Positions 38,111-48,095 are shown, counted from the first letter of the stretch. The stretch is DNA of 64,000 bases from an uncultured Gammaproteobacteria bacterium (GCA_964403585.1 CAYOFQ010000001.1:1344826-1408825), one strand, 5' to 3'. The notes: generated from the sequence alone by a model not told the origin. Numbers and translations are program-made.

Positions 38111-38743
38111 TTATTTCATTTTTACCTGACTTAGTTTTTTTCTATCCATCTGACGTAAACCCACATCCAGCAGGACTCCATTAAGATGTCCTTTCATACG
38201 ATCTCCATCAGGTCGAGCATTAAACTTCTGCTGCACATCTGGAAAAGCACCTCCAAAGCTAAGGGAATTTTCTTTAGTGGTACCGGTAATTACAACCAAT
38301 TCACCATCATCACTACGTTCCAAATGCAAATCTTCCGGTTTCGGACCTCTCTCATCAAGCAAGGCCACTCCCGCAGGAACAATATTAACCAGGACATCCG
38401 GTAAAACAACCGGCCGCTTATCAGTAAAAAGAGGTGCATGATCAAAAACCCTCATCGAAACGGTTACTCCCCCAACAGAATCAACAACAGCCTGCTTAAA
38501 AGGAATTTCTGATTGTTGCAATACTGTCCCCACTGCAGCAAGTAACCGCAGTTGATCTGCTTCTCCCATGTCACCAAACTTTTGTTCCTCTGCTACATTA
38601 GGATGTTCACCCATAAATTTCATTGTAATACGTGTTGGAACGAGTTTCTCCCCATTACGTTCAGGTATTTTAGGAAGTACCATCGTTTCTCCAACATAGC
38701 TACTACCTTTACCGGTGTGTAACTCAGATCCAAAATCACTCAT
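38111..38743 (-). CDS. Hypothetical protein, paralog 1 of a tandem pair embedded between ruvA and ruvB
   Basis: Starts MSDFGSE. Shares a conserved segment ([16 protein letters not shown]...GGVTV) with the upstream paralog. No known domain recognised. Confidence 0.45.
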   Translation of the reverse strand: MSDFGSELHTGKGSSYVGETMVLPKIPERNGEKLVPTRITMKFMGEHPNVAEEQKFGDMGEADQLRLLAAVGTVLQQSEIPFKQAVVDSVGGVTVSMRVFDHAPLFTDKRPVVLPDVLVNIVPAGVALLDERGPKPEDLHLERSDDGELVVITGTTKENSLSFGGAFPDVQQKFNARPDGDRMKGHLNGVLLDVGLRQMDRKKLSQVKMK

Positions 38744-38752
38744 ATATATCCT

Positions 38753-39442
38753 TTACTTATGCGCAACACCTTCTAGTTTGGAAGGTTCAGCCTTTTCAAT
38801 AGTAACTCGACCATCAGATTTCCGTACCAAATGTGCAACTGCTTTCTTTTCAGGCGGGCGCGCCATCGAATTTTCACTTACACCGTATCCCCCGTTTGTT
38901 AATCGTTTACCGGTAATAATAGTACGGTACGTTACTCCTGCATCATCTGTTTCAAGCCGGGCATTTGGTTGTTTATCAGAGTATAGAAGTACATCGAGTC
39001 CACCTTCCAATACCCCATTAAGATAACAACTGGTAAACGGCACCTGTGTTTCCTGTAAATAATGGGCCACTGCTCCCAGCAGAGCTTCCTGTTCTTCCGG
39101 ACGATAACGTGCAATAGAAACCATCGCTCCCTCTCTTTTTTCTCTCTCCAACCAAACTCGTTTCTTCCCTTCACGGTATTTTTCTGCTATGACCTCACGC
39201 CAGCTCAAAGGCTCTTCTTTCGGACCAGAGGACGAAGAAAAAAGATACTTTAACGTAATTTTCGGCAAAGAATAATCGGGTACTTTCTCCGGTCGTGGTG
39301 GTGGAACGGGAAAAGTAATTTGTGCCTGCTCAAGATGCGGGGCTGTTTCCCAATACTCTGAATTTCCCCAATGAGTTTCAGTAAGTACAAGAGTTTGTCT
39401 TGAGTCAACTGCGGCTCCATACTCTCCTCCAAAGTCACTCAT
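38753..39442 (-). CDS. Hypothetical protein, paralog 2 of the tandem pair embedded between ruvA and ruvB
   Basis: Starts MSDFGGE. Has LLGAVAHYLQETQVPF...GGLDVLLY homologous to paralog 1. 9-nt gap to paralog 1 and 17-nt gap from ruvA. Confidence 0.45.
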   Translation of the reverse strand: MSDFGGEYGAAVDSRQTLVLTETHWGNSEYWETAPHLEQAQITFPVPPPRPEKVPDYSLPKITLKYLFSSSSGPKEEPLSWREVIAEKYREGKKRVWLEREKREGAMVSIARYRPEEQEALLGAVAHYLQETQVPFTSCYLNGVLEGGLDVLLYSDKQPNARLETDDAGVTYRTIITGKRLTNGGYGVSENSMARPPEKKAVAHLVRKSDGRVTIEKAEPSKLEGVAHK

Positions 39443-39459
39443 ACACTACCCCTTATAGA

Positions 39460-40050
39460 TTATCGTTTAGCCAATAAAGAAAGAGCTTGTTTAATCTGCT
39501 CGTTAAGACTTTTCGCAGTATCGATATCCTTAACATGCGCATAAATCTCTTTTTCAGAATAACCCAAACTTACCAGAGCATCAACCAAATCATTCGTCGA
39601 AGTAGTTACAAAACTTTCCTGCACCCCTACCGATCCTGCTGGAGCACCTACTCCGGACACTTTGCCTTTTAACTCAATTACAATTTTAGCCGCACCTTTT
39701 TTTCCAATTCCGGAAACACTGGCAAATAAACGGTCATCACCACGGTTTACCGCTGCAATAATATCGTCACTGGAATAAGCAGAAAGTATGGCCAAGCCGG
39801 CTTTTGGTCCAACACCGTTTACACTTAACAATAATTTGAATATTTCCAAATCGCGTGCATCCAAAAAACCGAATAACCGTACATCATCTTCGCGTACATG
39901 ATGATAGGTATATAGTTTATTTGACTGACCAACAGTAACTCGCGTTAACACCGATACTGGAACCCACACTTCATACCCCACACCATGCACATCAATAAAC
40001 AAAGATTGTGCAAGAACAGAATCAATAACACCATTAAGAAATGCAATCAT
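39460..40050 (-). CDS. ruvA: Holliday junction DNA helicase subunit RuvA
   Basis: N-terminal MIAFLNGVIDSV..FIDVHGVGYEVWVP OB-fold signature. HhH motifs (GVGPKAGLAIL, GIGKKGAAKIV). C-terminal domain III. 196 aa. Confidence 0.9.
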   Translation of the reverse strand: MIAFLNGVIDSVLAQSLFIDVHGVGYEVWVPVSVLTRVTVGQSNKLYTYHHVREDDVRLFGFLDARDLEIFKLLLSVNGVGPKAGLAILSAYSSDDIIAAVNRGDDRLFASVSGIGKKGAAKIVIELKGKVSGVGAPAGSVGVQESFVTTSTNDLVDALVSLGYSEKEIYAHVKDIDTAKSLNEQIKQALSLLAKR

Positions 40051-40108
40051 AGGTATCTACAATTATTGATAACACAGACCTCTTAATAATACAAATGAAA
40101 CCCAAAGA

Positions 40109-40597
40109 TTAGCGCATACTGACACTATGACAATACGCTATAGCTAACGCATCGGCAGCATCATCAGGCTTCGGAATTTCAGGTAGACCGAAAATCAGCT
40201 GTACCATTTTTTGCATCTGCTTTTTTTCAGCACGACCATATCCGGTTAACGACATCTTCACTTGTAATGGAGTATATTCAAAATAAGGCACATTAAAATG
40301 TGCCGAAGCGAGTAAAATCACTCCCCGTGCTTGCCCAACCGTAATTCCAGTAGTGACATTAGTGTTAAAAAACAATTCTTCAACTACAAAGGCATCCGGT
40401 TTATACTCCCGCAATAACTCACTGATACCTTTATAGAGAAGTACCAATCGCTCCTGCAGAGTCTGTTTCGGTTCCGTAATCACACACCCGTAATCCAGCA
40501 TGAGCAGGTCTTTGCCTTTTAACCCCGCTTTCTCACCTTTTTCCACAACACCCCAACCGGTAGTAGCAATACCGGGATCAATCCCTAAAATCACCAT
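40109..40597 (-). CDS. ruvC: Crossover junction endodeoxyribonuclease RuvC
   Basis: [16 protein letters not shown] catalytic Asp motif and RNase-H-like fold. ORF listed to 40630, but the likely start is the internal ATG at 40597 (MVILGIDPG). Confidence 0.85.
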   Translation of the reverse strand: MVILGIDPGIATTGWGVVEKGEKAGLKGKDLLMLDYGCVITEPKQTLQERLVLLYKGISELLREYKPDAFVVEELFFNTNVTTGITVGQARGVILLASAHFNVPYFEYTPLQVKMSLTGYGRAEKKQMQKMVQLIFGLPEIPKPDDAADALAIAYCHSVSMR

Positions 40598-40747
40598 AGA
40601 CAGAACATAGCAGGATCTGATAAAAATCACAAGCTAAGCACTTATGAGCGAAACCGAAGAAAATTTTGATCAACTCCTAGCCAGAATTGAAGATTCCCCA
40701 AAAGTATTACGCGAAATACTTTCCCGCATAACTTTACACCACAAAGT

Positions 40748-41341
40748 TTGAGAAGAATTGGGGAATTACTTGATGATCTGATTATTGGTAATCAGCCTGC
40801 AACAGGTTATTCTGTACCTGAGCTCTTTACCGCAACCCGATTGGCACACAACATTCACCAGTTAGCCACCCAAATCGACGCTCCCGGCGGATCTGAACGT
40901 TCAGTAAACATCTTTAGAGTACTTCGCAACTACACTCACCTGCTTCTGGAAAGTAGTTCTCCGGAGACAACACAAAAACCATTGTTACCGGAATCAACAG
41001 TAGTACTTGATCGGCGGGCACTGACTATATCACCGTTTACCGGCAAAGTAGTCTTCGATCATCGGGAAGACTATCTTACCGATACTCAAATACTGATTCT
41101 CTATTATGCGGCACAATTAAAAATAAGCGATCCGGAGAAACGAATTCCGGGTGCTGAATTAGCCGAACTGGTAGGGTTAGGTCATGACAGCCTCCACTCC
41201 ATAGTCAGGAAAATGAAAATGATCATGCCCGACATTCCTTTTGCCGGAGAAAACCATGAAGGATATAGCTTGATCGGTGAACTAAACGAAAGTGACGGCG
41301 GTGGAAATAGTACTGATTTCGAGCCAATACGCCCAATCTGA
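40748..41341 (+). CDS. OmpR/PhoB-type winged-helix DNA-binding protein without a receiver domain
   Basis: C-terminal trans_reg_C-like segment YLTDTQILILYYAAQLKISDPEKRIPGAELAELVGLGHDSLHSIVRKMKMIMPD...EGYSLIG. The ORF would need a TTG start at 40748. A 35-codon ATG ORF (40644..40751) lies just upstream in another frame, so the true N-terminus is uncertain. Confidence 0.45.
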   Translation: MRRIGELLDDLIIGNQPATGYSVPELFTATRLAHNIHQLATQIDAPGGSERSVNIFRVLRNYTHLLLESSSPETTQKPLLPESTVVLDRRALTISPFTGKVVFDHREDYLTDTQILILYYAAQLKISDPEKRIPGAELAELVGLGHDSLHSIVRKMKMIMPDIPFAGENHEGYSLIGELNESDGGGNSTDFEPIRPI

Positions 41342-41395
41342 TACCGGAATGAGGAGTTTAGACTAGCAGCAGATTTCTTAAAGGAAGAAATTACT

Positions 41396-41645
41396 TTGAA
41401 CAACACCGGCAAACGTGCTTCGAGAACTACGATACGTGGCTTAATTTATTTAATAGACAAAAAAAAAGGAAAACGACCATCCTCTCTACGCAGGCAGAGA
41501 CGAACTCACCCAAGTCTTGTGGCGCCCCGATCTACCCCCGCCCAATCCGGCCAGTATCGCATACAAGCTGCGAAAGTTGTTTCGTAACTTTCCGATACAA
41601 ACCGAAATCGGACAGGGATATCGTTTAGCGACTGAGAAACTATAA
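41396..41645 (+). pseudogene. Second small OmpR-type winged-helix gene interrupted by a frameshift at an A9 homopolymer (41459..41467)
   Basis: Frame A (41396..) gives MNNTGKRASRTTIRGLIYLIDKKK. Frame B continues ENDHPLYAGRDELTQVLWRPDL..IAYKLRKLFRNFPIQTEIGQGYRLATEKL, an OmpR-type recognition helix and wing, to the stop at 41645. Frame B has no start codon of its own. Confidence 0.4.
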
Positions 41646-42626
41646 TTCCAGTCCGGTCGCGCCTTTTTCCAACCGTTCATTAACTGCCTTAATATTCCGT
41701 ACCCCTTCATCCAATAACCAGGCACGAAGTCCTGCTTCACCACCGGTACCAAAGGCCTTAACCCCATTTTGCCAGGTCGCACGTCCACAAAGAACTCCGG
41801 AATAAGCAACACCTGCCTCCGCTACTAATTCCAGCGATGCCAGGAATTGATCAATAGTTACTCCGGCACTTAAGTAGATAAACGGAATTTCACACTGTGC
41901 AGCTGCTTCCTGAGCGATTTTCTTGGCCTCATCGCGGGTATACGCTATCTCACCACCTGAAACAATACCTTCAACAAATAACACATTAAACGGCATCTCT
42001 ACCTTCAGTACGTCTACTTTATATTCCGGAGCAGAAAATTCTTTCATATATGCCTTTACCATCTCCGGTTTAGCTTTAGCAAATTCCAGGCTCTTAGCAT
42101 CTCCAACGGTATCCGAATAAGAAACTATCTCCAGAAAATACGGCATCTCTTCCCGCTCACATTCTTCACCAACTTGTCGAATAAAGTCTTTTTTAATGGT
42201 ATTAACCTCATCAGTATCAAAGGGATCGTAGTACACCAGTAACTTCACCGCATCTGCACCTTCTTCCCGCAAGCGTGCAGCAGTGTACCCGTCAAGTAAA
42301 TCCGGCAACCGACCTTTAACCGTAGCATCATATCCGGTCTTTTCATACGCCAGCAAAACACCGGTATCTGCATTTTTAACCTGTAAAGCCGGCATACCAA
42401 ATTCCGAATCCAGCAATACCGCGCTGGCATACGGAGTTAATACCTCCACACAAACTTTCTTAAAAAGTTCAACCTCATGCTGAGAAGCTTCATGTCCCAA
42501 AGCCGAACCCAGCATCTTTGCCAATGATCCACGCTGATCAATTGCCATGGCACTCACGACATTTTTATCATTCAGAAGATTTTGTAATCGCTCTTTTTTA
42601 CCGGCAGAAATTGCTCGCATTTTCAT
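41640..42626 (-). CDS. lacD: Tagatose-1,6-bisphosphate aldolase LacD-family class I aldolase
   Basis: Near-collinear similarity to LacD landmarks: SAMAIDQRGSL, ELTPYASAVLLDSEFG, LLAYEKTGYD, GADAVKLLVYYD, EEMPYFLEIVSY, DVLKVEMP, IPFIYLSAGV, GVLCGRATWQ. 328 aa. Confidence 0.8.
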   Translation of the reverse strand: MKMRAISAGKKERLQNLLNDKNVVSAMAIDQRGSLAKMLGSALGHEASQHEVELFKKVCVEVLTPYASAVLLDSEFGMPALQVKNADTGVLLAYEKTGYDATVKGRLPDLLDGYTAARLREEGADAVKLLVYYDPFDTDEVNTIKKDFIRQVGEECEREEMPYFLEIVSYSDTVGDAKSLEFAKAKPEMVKAYMKEFSAPEYKVDVLKVEMPFNVLFVEGIVSGGEIAYTRDEAKKIAQEAAAQCEIPFIYLSAGVTIDQFLASLELVAEAGVAYSGVLCGRATWQNGVKAFGTGGEAGLRAWLLDEGVRNIKAVNERLEKGATGLEL

Positions 42627-42677
42627 AACACTGACCTTTCTGTAAATCTAAACAGTTGATTTATATCACTAGTACGA

Positions 42678-43343
42678 CTAAAGCACAAATGGGCGCTCGT
42701 TCTCATCAACTTCCCGGTCCCACTCTAAACGCGTATTTGCCAAGTCCATATCCAACGCCCGCAAGGCACTCAGTGCTTCGGGAGCCGAATCAACAATCGT
42801 AAAGACATTCAACTCTTCATCCCGAATCTTCATATTGCGGGAAAATGCGGCAATGATTTCATACCAGTGCTTTCCGCATAAAACTAACGGCTTATGGTGG
42901 CCAAAATAAAGTCTGGCCATTCCCCATGCCATCGCAAATTCACTAATTGTTCCCGTACCGCCGTTAAAGATCATATAAACCTGTCCATATTCAAGTAAAC
43001 GGAGTGTTCTTTCCAGATAGTTTTTAGTTACAATTTCTTCATCGAGCACATTGCTGGTTGCTTTACCTTCAAAATTAACCGCGTTCTGTGGATAAAAAGT
43101 GACACCTATTGTTTTACCGCCACCCGCCTTTGCACCTCTCGATGCAGCTTCCATAACCCCCGGACCGCCACCGTCGACCACGGTGTAACCGGCTTCGGCC
43201 ACTAGTTGCGCCGTTTCAAATGCCAGCTTATATTCTGCATCTGCTCGGGTAGAATCGGCAAAACCGAAGAATGCTACCCGCTCAATCTTAGCTGCAGGAA
43301 ATGTTTTCTTCTTCTCTTTGTTTGATAATTTAATATCAGCCAT
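42678..43343 (-). CDS. LOG-family protein (cytokinin-riboside 5'-monophosphate phosphoribohydrolase-like / Rossmann-fold nucleotide-binding)
   Basis: GGGPGVMEAASRGAKAGGGKTIGV and the PGGxGTxxE-type motif FNGGTGTISE. 221 aa. Confidence 0.75.
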   Translation of the reverse strand: MADIKLSNKEKKKTFPAAKIERVAFFGFADSTRADAEYKLAFETAQLVAEAGYTVVDGGGPGVMEAASRGAKAGGGKTIGVTFYPQNAVNFEGKATSNVLDEEIVTKNYLERTLRLLEYGQVYMIFNGGTGTISEFAMAWGMARLYFGHHKPLVLCGKHWYEIIAAFSRNMKIRDEELNVFTIVDSAPEALSALRALDMDLANTRLEWDREVDENERPFVL

Positions 43344-43345
43344 AG

Positions 43346-43981
43346 TTATACACCTTTCAATCGTTGGTAATGCGCGATAATATCTTTTCCACTTAAATAA
43401 GACGTTCCCACTACCTCAGTTGCTCCGGCAGCTTTCAGTACAGTAATGGTTTCATCATTAACATGCCCGTCAACTTTGATCGAAATGTCCGGACAATACG
43501 CTCTAATTTTCCGTACCTCTTCCACTTGCTCAGGGATAAAAGGCAACCCGGAACCTCCCGGTATAATAGTCATAACTAATATCTGATCAAAATTACACAA
43601 ATCAGCATGCAATTCCACAGGATTATCATGAGTAAATACAAGACCAAACTCCAGACCAAGTTTATGAGCTTGCTGCTGCACAAGTAAAGCCTGCGCATAC
43701 GTTTCTAAGCCAAGTGAGTCAAAATGTACCAGTACACGGTTAAACCCGGCCTGTTTGCATTTCTCAAAATAGCCTACCGGATTATTAACCATTAAATGGG
43801 CTTCAAAGAAACAATTTTCAGGCAGTATCCCCATTTCTTCAACCGGAAGAAGTGTTGTATGCACATAATGGCCGTCGGCGATATCAATATGAATACCGTC
43901 ATCACTGATGCCCTTAATCTCTTCAAGACGCGCAGAAAATTCTTCTTTGGAATGTACAAGTACACCTGGATAAACAATCAT
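43346..43981 (-). CDS. rpe: Ribulose-phosphate 3-epimerase
   Basis: IHIDIADGHYV, HLMV, IIPGGSGLPFI and KVDGHVN correspond to the Rpe motifs H.DVMDG.FVPN / HLMV / PGFGGQ.FI / VDGG. 211 aa. Confidence 0.75.
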   Translation of the reverse strand: MIVYPGVLVHSKEEFSARLEEIKGISDDGIHIDIADGHYVHTTLLPVEEMGILPENCFFEAHLMVNNPVGYFEKCKQAGFNRVLVHFDSLGLETYAQALLVQQQAHKLGLEFGLVFTHDNPVELHADLCNFDQILVMTIIPGGSGLPFIPEQVEEVRKIRAYCPDISIKVDGHVNDETITVLKAAGATEVVGTSYLSGKDIIAHYQRLKGV

Positions 43982-43999
43982 ACCTCATTATGCCGTAAG

Positions 44000-44452
44000 T
44001 TAGTCTAATTTCAAGACCCTCTCAACCATCTCAATTTTTTTGAGACGCTGAATATGACGTTCGTCGCCGCTGAATTGTGTATCCAGCCAAACACGAACAA
44101 TTTCATTTATTTCAACCGGAGTATTAACAGCAGCACCAAGAACCAGAATATTGGCATTATTATGCTCTTTTGACCGTTGCGCCATAAACACGGAGGTACA
44201 CAACGCTGCCCGAACACCTTTAATTTTGTTGGCAGCAATATCCATCCCTATACCGGTATCACAGATGAGAATCCCCTGTCCAAATCCTTTGGCCACTCGT
44301 ACTGCCACTTTTTGTGCATAATCAACATAGTCATCACCGGGCAACAATACCTCAGCCCCCAAATCTTCAAAAGGAACTTCAATCTGGTGCAGCAAATCCT
44401 TGATTAAATCCTTTGTCTCAAAACCGGCATGATCAGCACCAAGAAATATCAT
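44000..44452 (-). CDS. rpiB: Ribose-5-phosphate isomerase B
   Basis: MIFLGADHAGFETKDLI and ILICDTGIGMDIAANK match RpiB/LacAB signatures. 150 aa. Confidence 0.85.
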   Translation of the reverse strand: MIFLGADHAGFETKDLIKDLLHQIEVPFEDLGAEVLLPGDDYVDYAQKVAVRVAKGFGQGILICDTGIGMDIAANKIKGVRAALCTSVFMAQRSKEHNNANILVLGAAVNTPVEINEIVRVWLDTQFSGDERHIQRLKKIEMVERVLKLD

Positions 44453-44526
44453 AGTAATACCACTTTAGCATGCCTGGAGAAGTGAATCAATTTGTAATTT
44501 CGCCCCGATTCTTCTACAGTAAAAGT

Positions 44527-45825
44527 ATGTCTGCTCAAATTGTCATCACTACAGCCCCAACGGGACTAGGCCATATTCGTGTAACTAATGCCTTAGTCAG
44601 TGGTCTTCCAGCTGGTGAAAAAGCCCACATTCTCGGCGTTCAGGATGAGTCAATATCCTTTACCTATCACCTAATAAGCACCAATTACTATCTTCGTAAA
44701 ATTCTCGAGTTTACCCAAACCAACCCGACAGCCGAAAAAATAGTCACGCCGCTTCTTGCGTATATTCAAACCAGGAAGGTAAATGAAACTATTCAACAAC
44801 TACAGCACATAATTACCAGCGAGAATGCCGACAAATTGATTATTGTATCTACCCACGCTTTTATTGCGCACAAAATATCCCGGATCATCCGACATAATCA
44901 GGTCAATATACCCGTCTACCATGCCGTTGTAGTAACTGACGATTCACCGCAACGGTTTTGGATGGTTGATGCCGATAGTATCTTTGTACCCAGCTTTCAA
45001 ACCAAAACCAAACTTGAAACGCTATTTAAAGAGGAGCACCGAAAAGCTCCTCCCATCACTGTTGCCCCGTACCCTATCAATCCCAAATACTGTCAGCTGC
45101 TCGAAAAACCGGTGTTATTTAATAAAACGGAACAACTAACGCCGGATAATCCACAAAAAGCGCGTATTTGTATACCGGTAAGCGGTGCAGCCGTGCAGCT
45201 GGATTTCTATAAAGACCTTATCAACGAACTAACCTGTCCTGACACCCGCGCCGAATGCCGGGAGTTCAAATTTTCAATAGTTACCCGTGAAGGCAACTAT
45301 ACCAGACCGTTTATTGAATATTTTAGAGAAAATCCCGAAGTTATTTTCCATATAGGTGCCAATGATATGCAAACAGTACAGCTCTACGATAGATTATATG
45401 AACAAGTTAACCCGCCATCACTGGAAATCACTAAACCGTCCGAACAATGTTTCAAAGTGCTAACCAGGCCGGACACCATTGCCGGACCGATCCTGCTGCT
45501 TACCGAACCGGTCGGCCGACAAGAATACGACAACATCAATTATCTGGAAAGATTTAAATTTTTACCTGACGGCGAAACACACCACCAACTCTATAGCCGG
45601 TTATGCACAAAAAATTACCCTATGAACATCAATCCATTTCCCCAATCGAATACCTGGCGTGCACTTCGGCTGCCAACCGACCCACAGGCTGCGGCCTTAT
45701 TTATTATGAATGGATATAACTCGGGAATCTTTCTTTCCATGCAAAACTACCGGGGATATCAAACAACCGAAGAACTCGCCCCTAATGGCGTAGAACAAAT
45801 TTGGCAAAAAGTGCTATCCGCTTAA
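44527..45825 (+). CDS. Putative GT-B fold glycosyltransferase (MGDG-synthase/UgtP-like N-terminal motif)
   Basis: Start placed at internal ATG 44527 (MSAQIVITTAPTGLGHIRVTNAL), which resembles the GGGHxxxAxAL motif of MGDG synthase/GT28 N-domains. The rest is not confidently assigned. Confidence 0.35.
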   Translation: MSAQIVITTAPTGLGHIRVTNALVSGLPAGEKAHILGVQDESISFTYHLISTNYYLRKILEFTQTNPTAEKIVTPLLAYIQTRKVNETIQQLQHIITSENADKLIIVSTHAFIAHKISRIIRHNQVNIPVYHAVVVTDDSPQRFWMVDADSIFVPSFQTKTKLETLFKEEHRKAPPITVAPYPINPKYCQLLEKPVLFNKTEQLTPDNPQKARICIPVSGAAVQLDFYKDLINELTCPDTRAECREFKFSIVTREGNYTRPFIEYFRENPEVIFHIGANDMQTVQLYDRLYEQVNPPSLEITKPSEQCFKVLTRPDTIAGPILLLTEPVGRQEYDNINYLERFKFLPDGETHHQLYSRLCTKNYPMNINPFPQSNTWRALRLPTDPQAAALFIMNGYNSGIFLSMQNYRGYQTTEELAPNGVEQIWQKVLSA

Positions 45826-47024
45826 ACAACGAACTTTCCATCATCGTAAATAACTTTAGTCGAACCGTCCGGCAAATACGCAGTGACTTTCCGCTTCTCG
45901 GTAGAAATAATATCTGTATGTACTGCGCTATCATTAAAACCCATTTCTTCCCACTGAGCAGCACTCACTGTTGCCATATCACCGGCGTATGAATCCTTAT
46001 ACGACATGCCTACTGCCAAATGAGTGTTGCCTTGCTCCCCTCCGAAGTTCTCATCAAAAAGCGTCTCACCCATCAAACGGGTTATCCGAGACATCCGACT
46101 ATCGGTAAGTGAATACTCTCCAATTTTATCAGCATTATGTACGGCAATCATATCTTTCAGTAATTGCTCATTCTCCGAAGCTGTAGCTTCAACAATAACT
46201 CCATCTTTAAACACTAATTTAATATCACTTATTCTATTCCCGTACCGGTATAACGGCTGGTTAAAATAAATGTGTCCATTAGTGCCCCGCCAATCTGGAG
46301 AAATAAATAGTTCGAAGGACGGAATATTTCTTCCCGATCCCCCCAGCCATTGGCGAGTAGCACCCAGCCGGACCCATAAATCACTGTGATCTCCTTCAAC
46401 ATGCAGCTTCTCAATTTTCATCTCATTCAACGTTGTTTTGAGCCGCTCCTGCTCGGAAAAAATTTCTCTCCAGCGTGAAATTGGATCATCCAGGTCCAGA
46501 TAACAGGCTTTAATTATCTGTTCCCAATACTCTTCAAGCGTCATCCCGACATCCTGGGCCATCGCTTCAGTTCCAAAGCTGGCCAACACCCAGGTAAGCT
46601 TTCCTTTGTTCTCTTTATCAAACCGCCATTCCATATACGGTTTTTGTGCCTTACTATGATCCATCAATTTTTTGCTATCCACCCCTTTTAGCTCGTATTT
46701 ATCATGTTCGGCGAGCATGCGAAGTATATGATCTGCCTGATCCACAATTCCCCGATAAAACTTATCTGCAAAAAAAGTCAGCTGTTCATCATTCGCCAAC
46801 TCATAAAACTCACGGGCTGCTACCTCATCAGGCAAATAGTAAAATAATGGATGGCCTCCGGCAGAAAGAACAGACCTGCGCAGTGGCACAATCATAGCCT
46901 TTGCCGATTCGGGAATTGTCATAAAAACAACTTCACCTTTTTGTATACCGGTACCTCCACCCAACGCAAATTTAATCAGTAAATCAGCATATTTCTGTAA
47001 AATTTCATCTGATGGTCTATACAT
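45822..47024 (-). CDS. M29-family aminopeptidase (AmpS/PepS-like)
   Basis: Length and pattern typical of aminopeptidase T/II. C-terminal SLTDSRMSRITRLMGETLFDENFGGEQGNTHLAVG and metal-ligand His/Glu/Asp positions are conserved. 400 aa. Confidence 0.65.
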   Translation of the reverse strand: MYRPSDEILQKYADLLIKFALGGGTGIQKGEVVFMTIPESAKAMIVPLRRSVLSAGGHPLFYYLPDEVAAREFYELANDEQLTFFADKFYRGIVDQADHILRMLAEHDKYELKGVDSKKLMDHSKAQKPYMEWRFDKENKGKLTWVLASFGTEAMAQDVGMTLEEYWEQIIKACYLDLDDPISRWREIFSEQERLKTTLNEMKIEKLHVEGDHSDLWVRLGATRQWLGGSGRNIPSFELFISPDWRGTNGHIYFNQPLYRYGNRISDIKLVFKDGVIVEATASENEQLLKDMIAVHNADKIGEYSLTDSRMSRITRLMGETLFDENFGGEQGNTHLAVGMSYKDSYAGDMATVSAAQWEEMGFNDSAVHTDIISTEKRKVTAYLPDGSTKVIYDDGKFVV

Positions 47025-47117
47025 AACGGCTCCTAAGAAATCAGTAACAGATAAAGATATAACAGTTATATCAGATTTAAGTAGGAAAAATAAGACGGTT
47101 ATGGTAAAATTGCATCA

Positions 47118-48092
47118 ATGGCAAAAATGGAACATCCCCTCAGCTGGAAAGCGTTATTCCGAATTGTAACAATTATCGGGATTATTTGGCTCTGTTGGTA
47201 CCTATTCGATACCATTCTCTTGATCGCGGTCTCAATAATGTTAGCCACAGCCTTATTTCCGATCGTCTATCGCCTAACTAAAAGAGGCTTATCTATTACC
47301 CTTGCATCGATTCTGGTCGTCTTTGTATTATTTATTCCTATCATTCTGATTATTGTGTCTATAGTCCCCGGACTTATTCAACAGTTCCCCGAAATAGGTA
47401 CAAAATTAAGCGCTGCCCTAAACCGGTCAACATTACTGCCACCCGAATTGCGAAATATTAATCTCGGTCAGTATTCACAAAACGCAGCTTCGTATGTATG
47501 GCAATCAACTTCACGTATAACGGGGTATATCGCCAGTTTCTTTACCGTCATTTTCCTAACGCTCTATTTCCTGATTGATTCCAAACGGTTAAATGAAATA
47601 GTCCTCTCACTCATTCCTGAGGACAATCAGGAAAAAGTTAAAAAGCTCGCCGACGAAGTAACACGCATCAATGGACAATATATTCGCGGAAATTTATTAA
47701 TCTCGGCTATCTGCGGAACGGTAACCTTTATTGGCCTCTCCATCTTCAACGTTCCTTACGCAGGTGCCCTGGCCCTGTTTGCAGCACTCACCGATCTTCT
47801 CCCTCAAATTGGAGCATTCATCGGTGCAACACCGGCAGTAATTATTGCTTTTGCAATATCACCCTCTACCGGGGTTCTCACACTGCTGCTCTTCATTGTG
47901 TACCAGCAAATTGAAAACAATATTCTTTCACCAAACATTTACAACAAAGCCCTGGATCTTTCCCCTGCACTGAGCTTCATTGCTGTTCTTATTGGTGGAT
48001 CTTTAGCTGGAATAATCGGGGCATTTATTGCACTTCCTATCGCCGCCAGTGTTCCCACTATCGTCGAATATCTTACCGATCAGCAAAAATAA
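47118..48092 (+). CDS. AI-2E family transporter (PerM/YdiK/TqsA-like membrane protein)
   Basis: 8 TM topology. Conserved LPxIG-type segment LLPQIGAFIGATPAV and a C-terminal ALPIAASV motif typical of UPF0118/AI-2E. 324 aa. Confidence 0.65.
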   Translation: MAKMEHPLSWKALFRIVTIIGIIWLCWYLFDTILLIAVSIMLATALFPIVYRLTKRGLSITLASILVVFVLFIPIILIIVSIVPGLIQQFPEIGTKLSAALNRSTLLPPELRNINLGQYSQNAASYVWQSTSRITGYIASFFTVIFLTLYFLIDSKRLNEIVLSLIPEDNQEKVKKLADEVTRINGQYIRGNLLISAICGTVTFIGLSIFNVPYAGALALFAALTDLLPQIGAFIGATPAVIIAFAISPSTGVLTLLLFIVYQQIENNILSPNIYNKALDLSPALSFIAVLIGGSLAGIIGAFIALPIAASVPTIVEYLTDQQK

Positions 48093-48095
48093 TAA

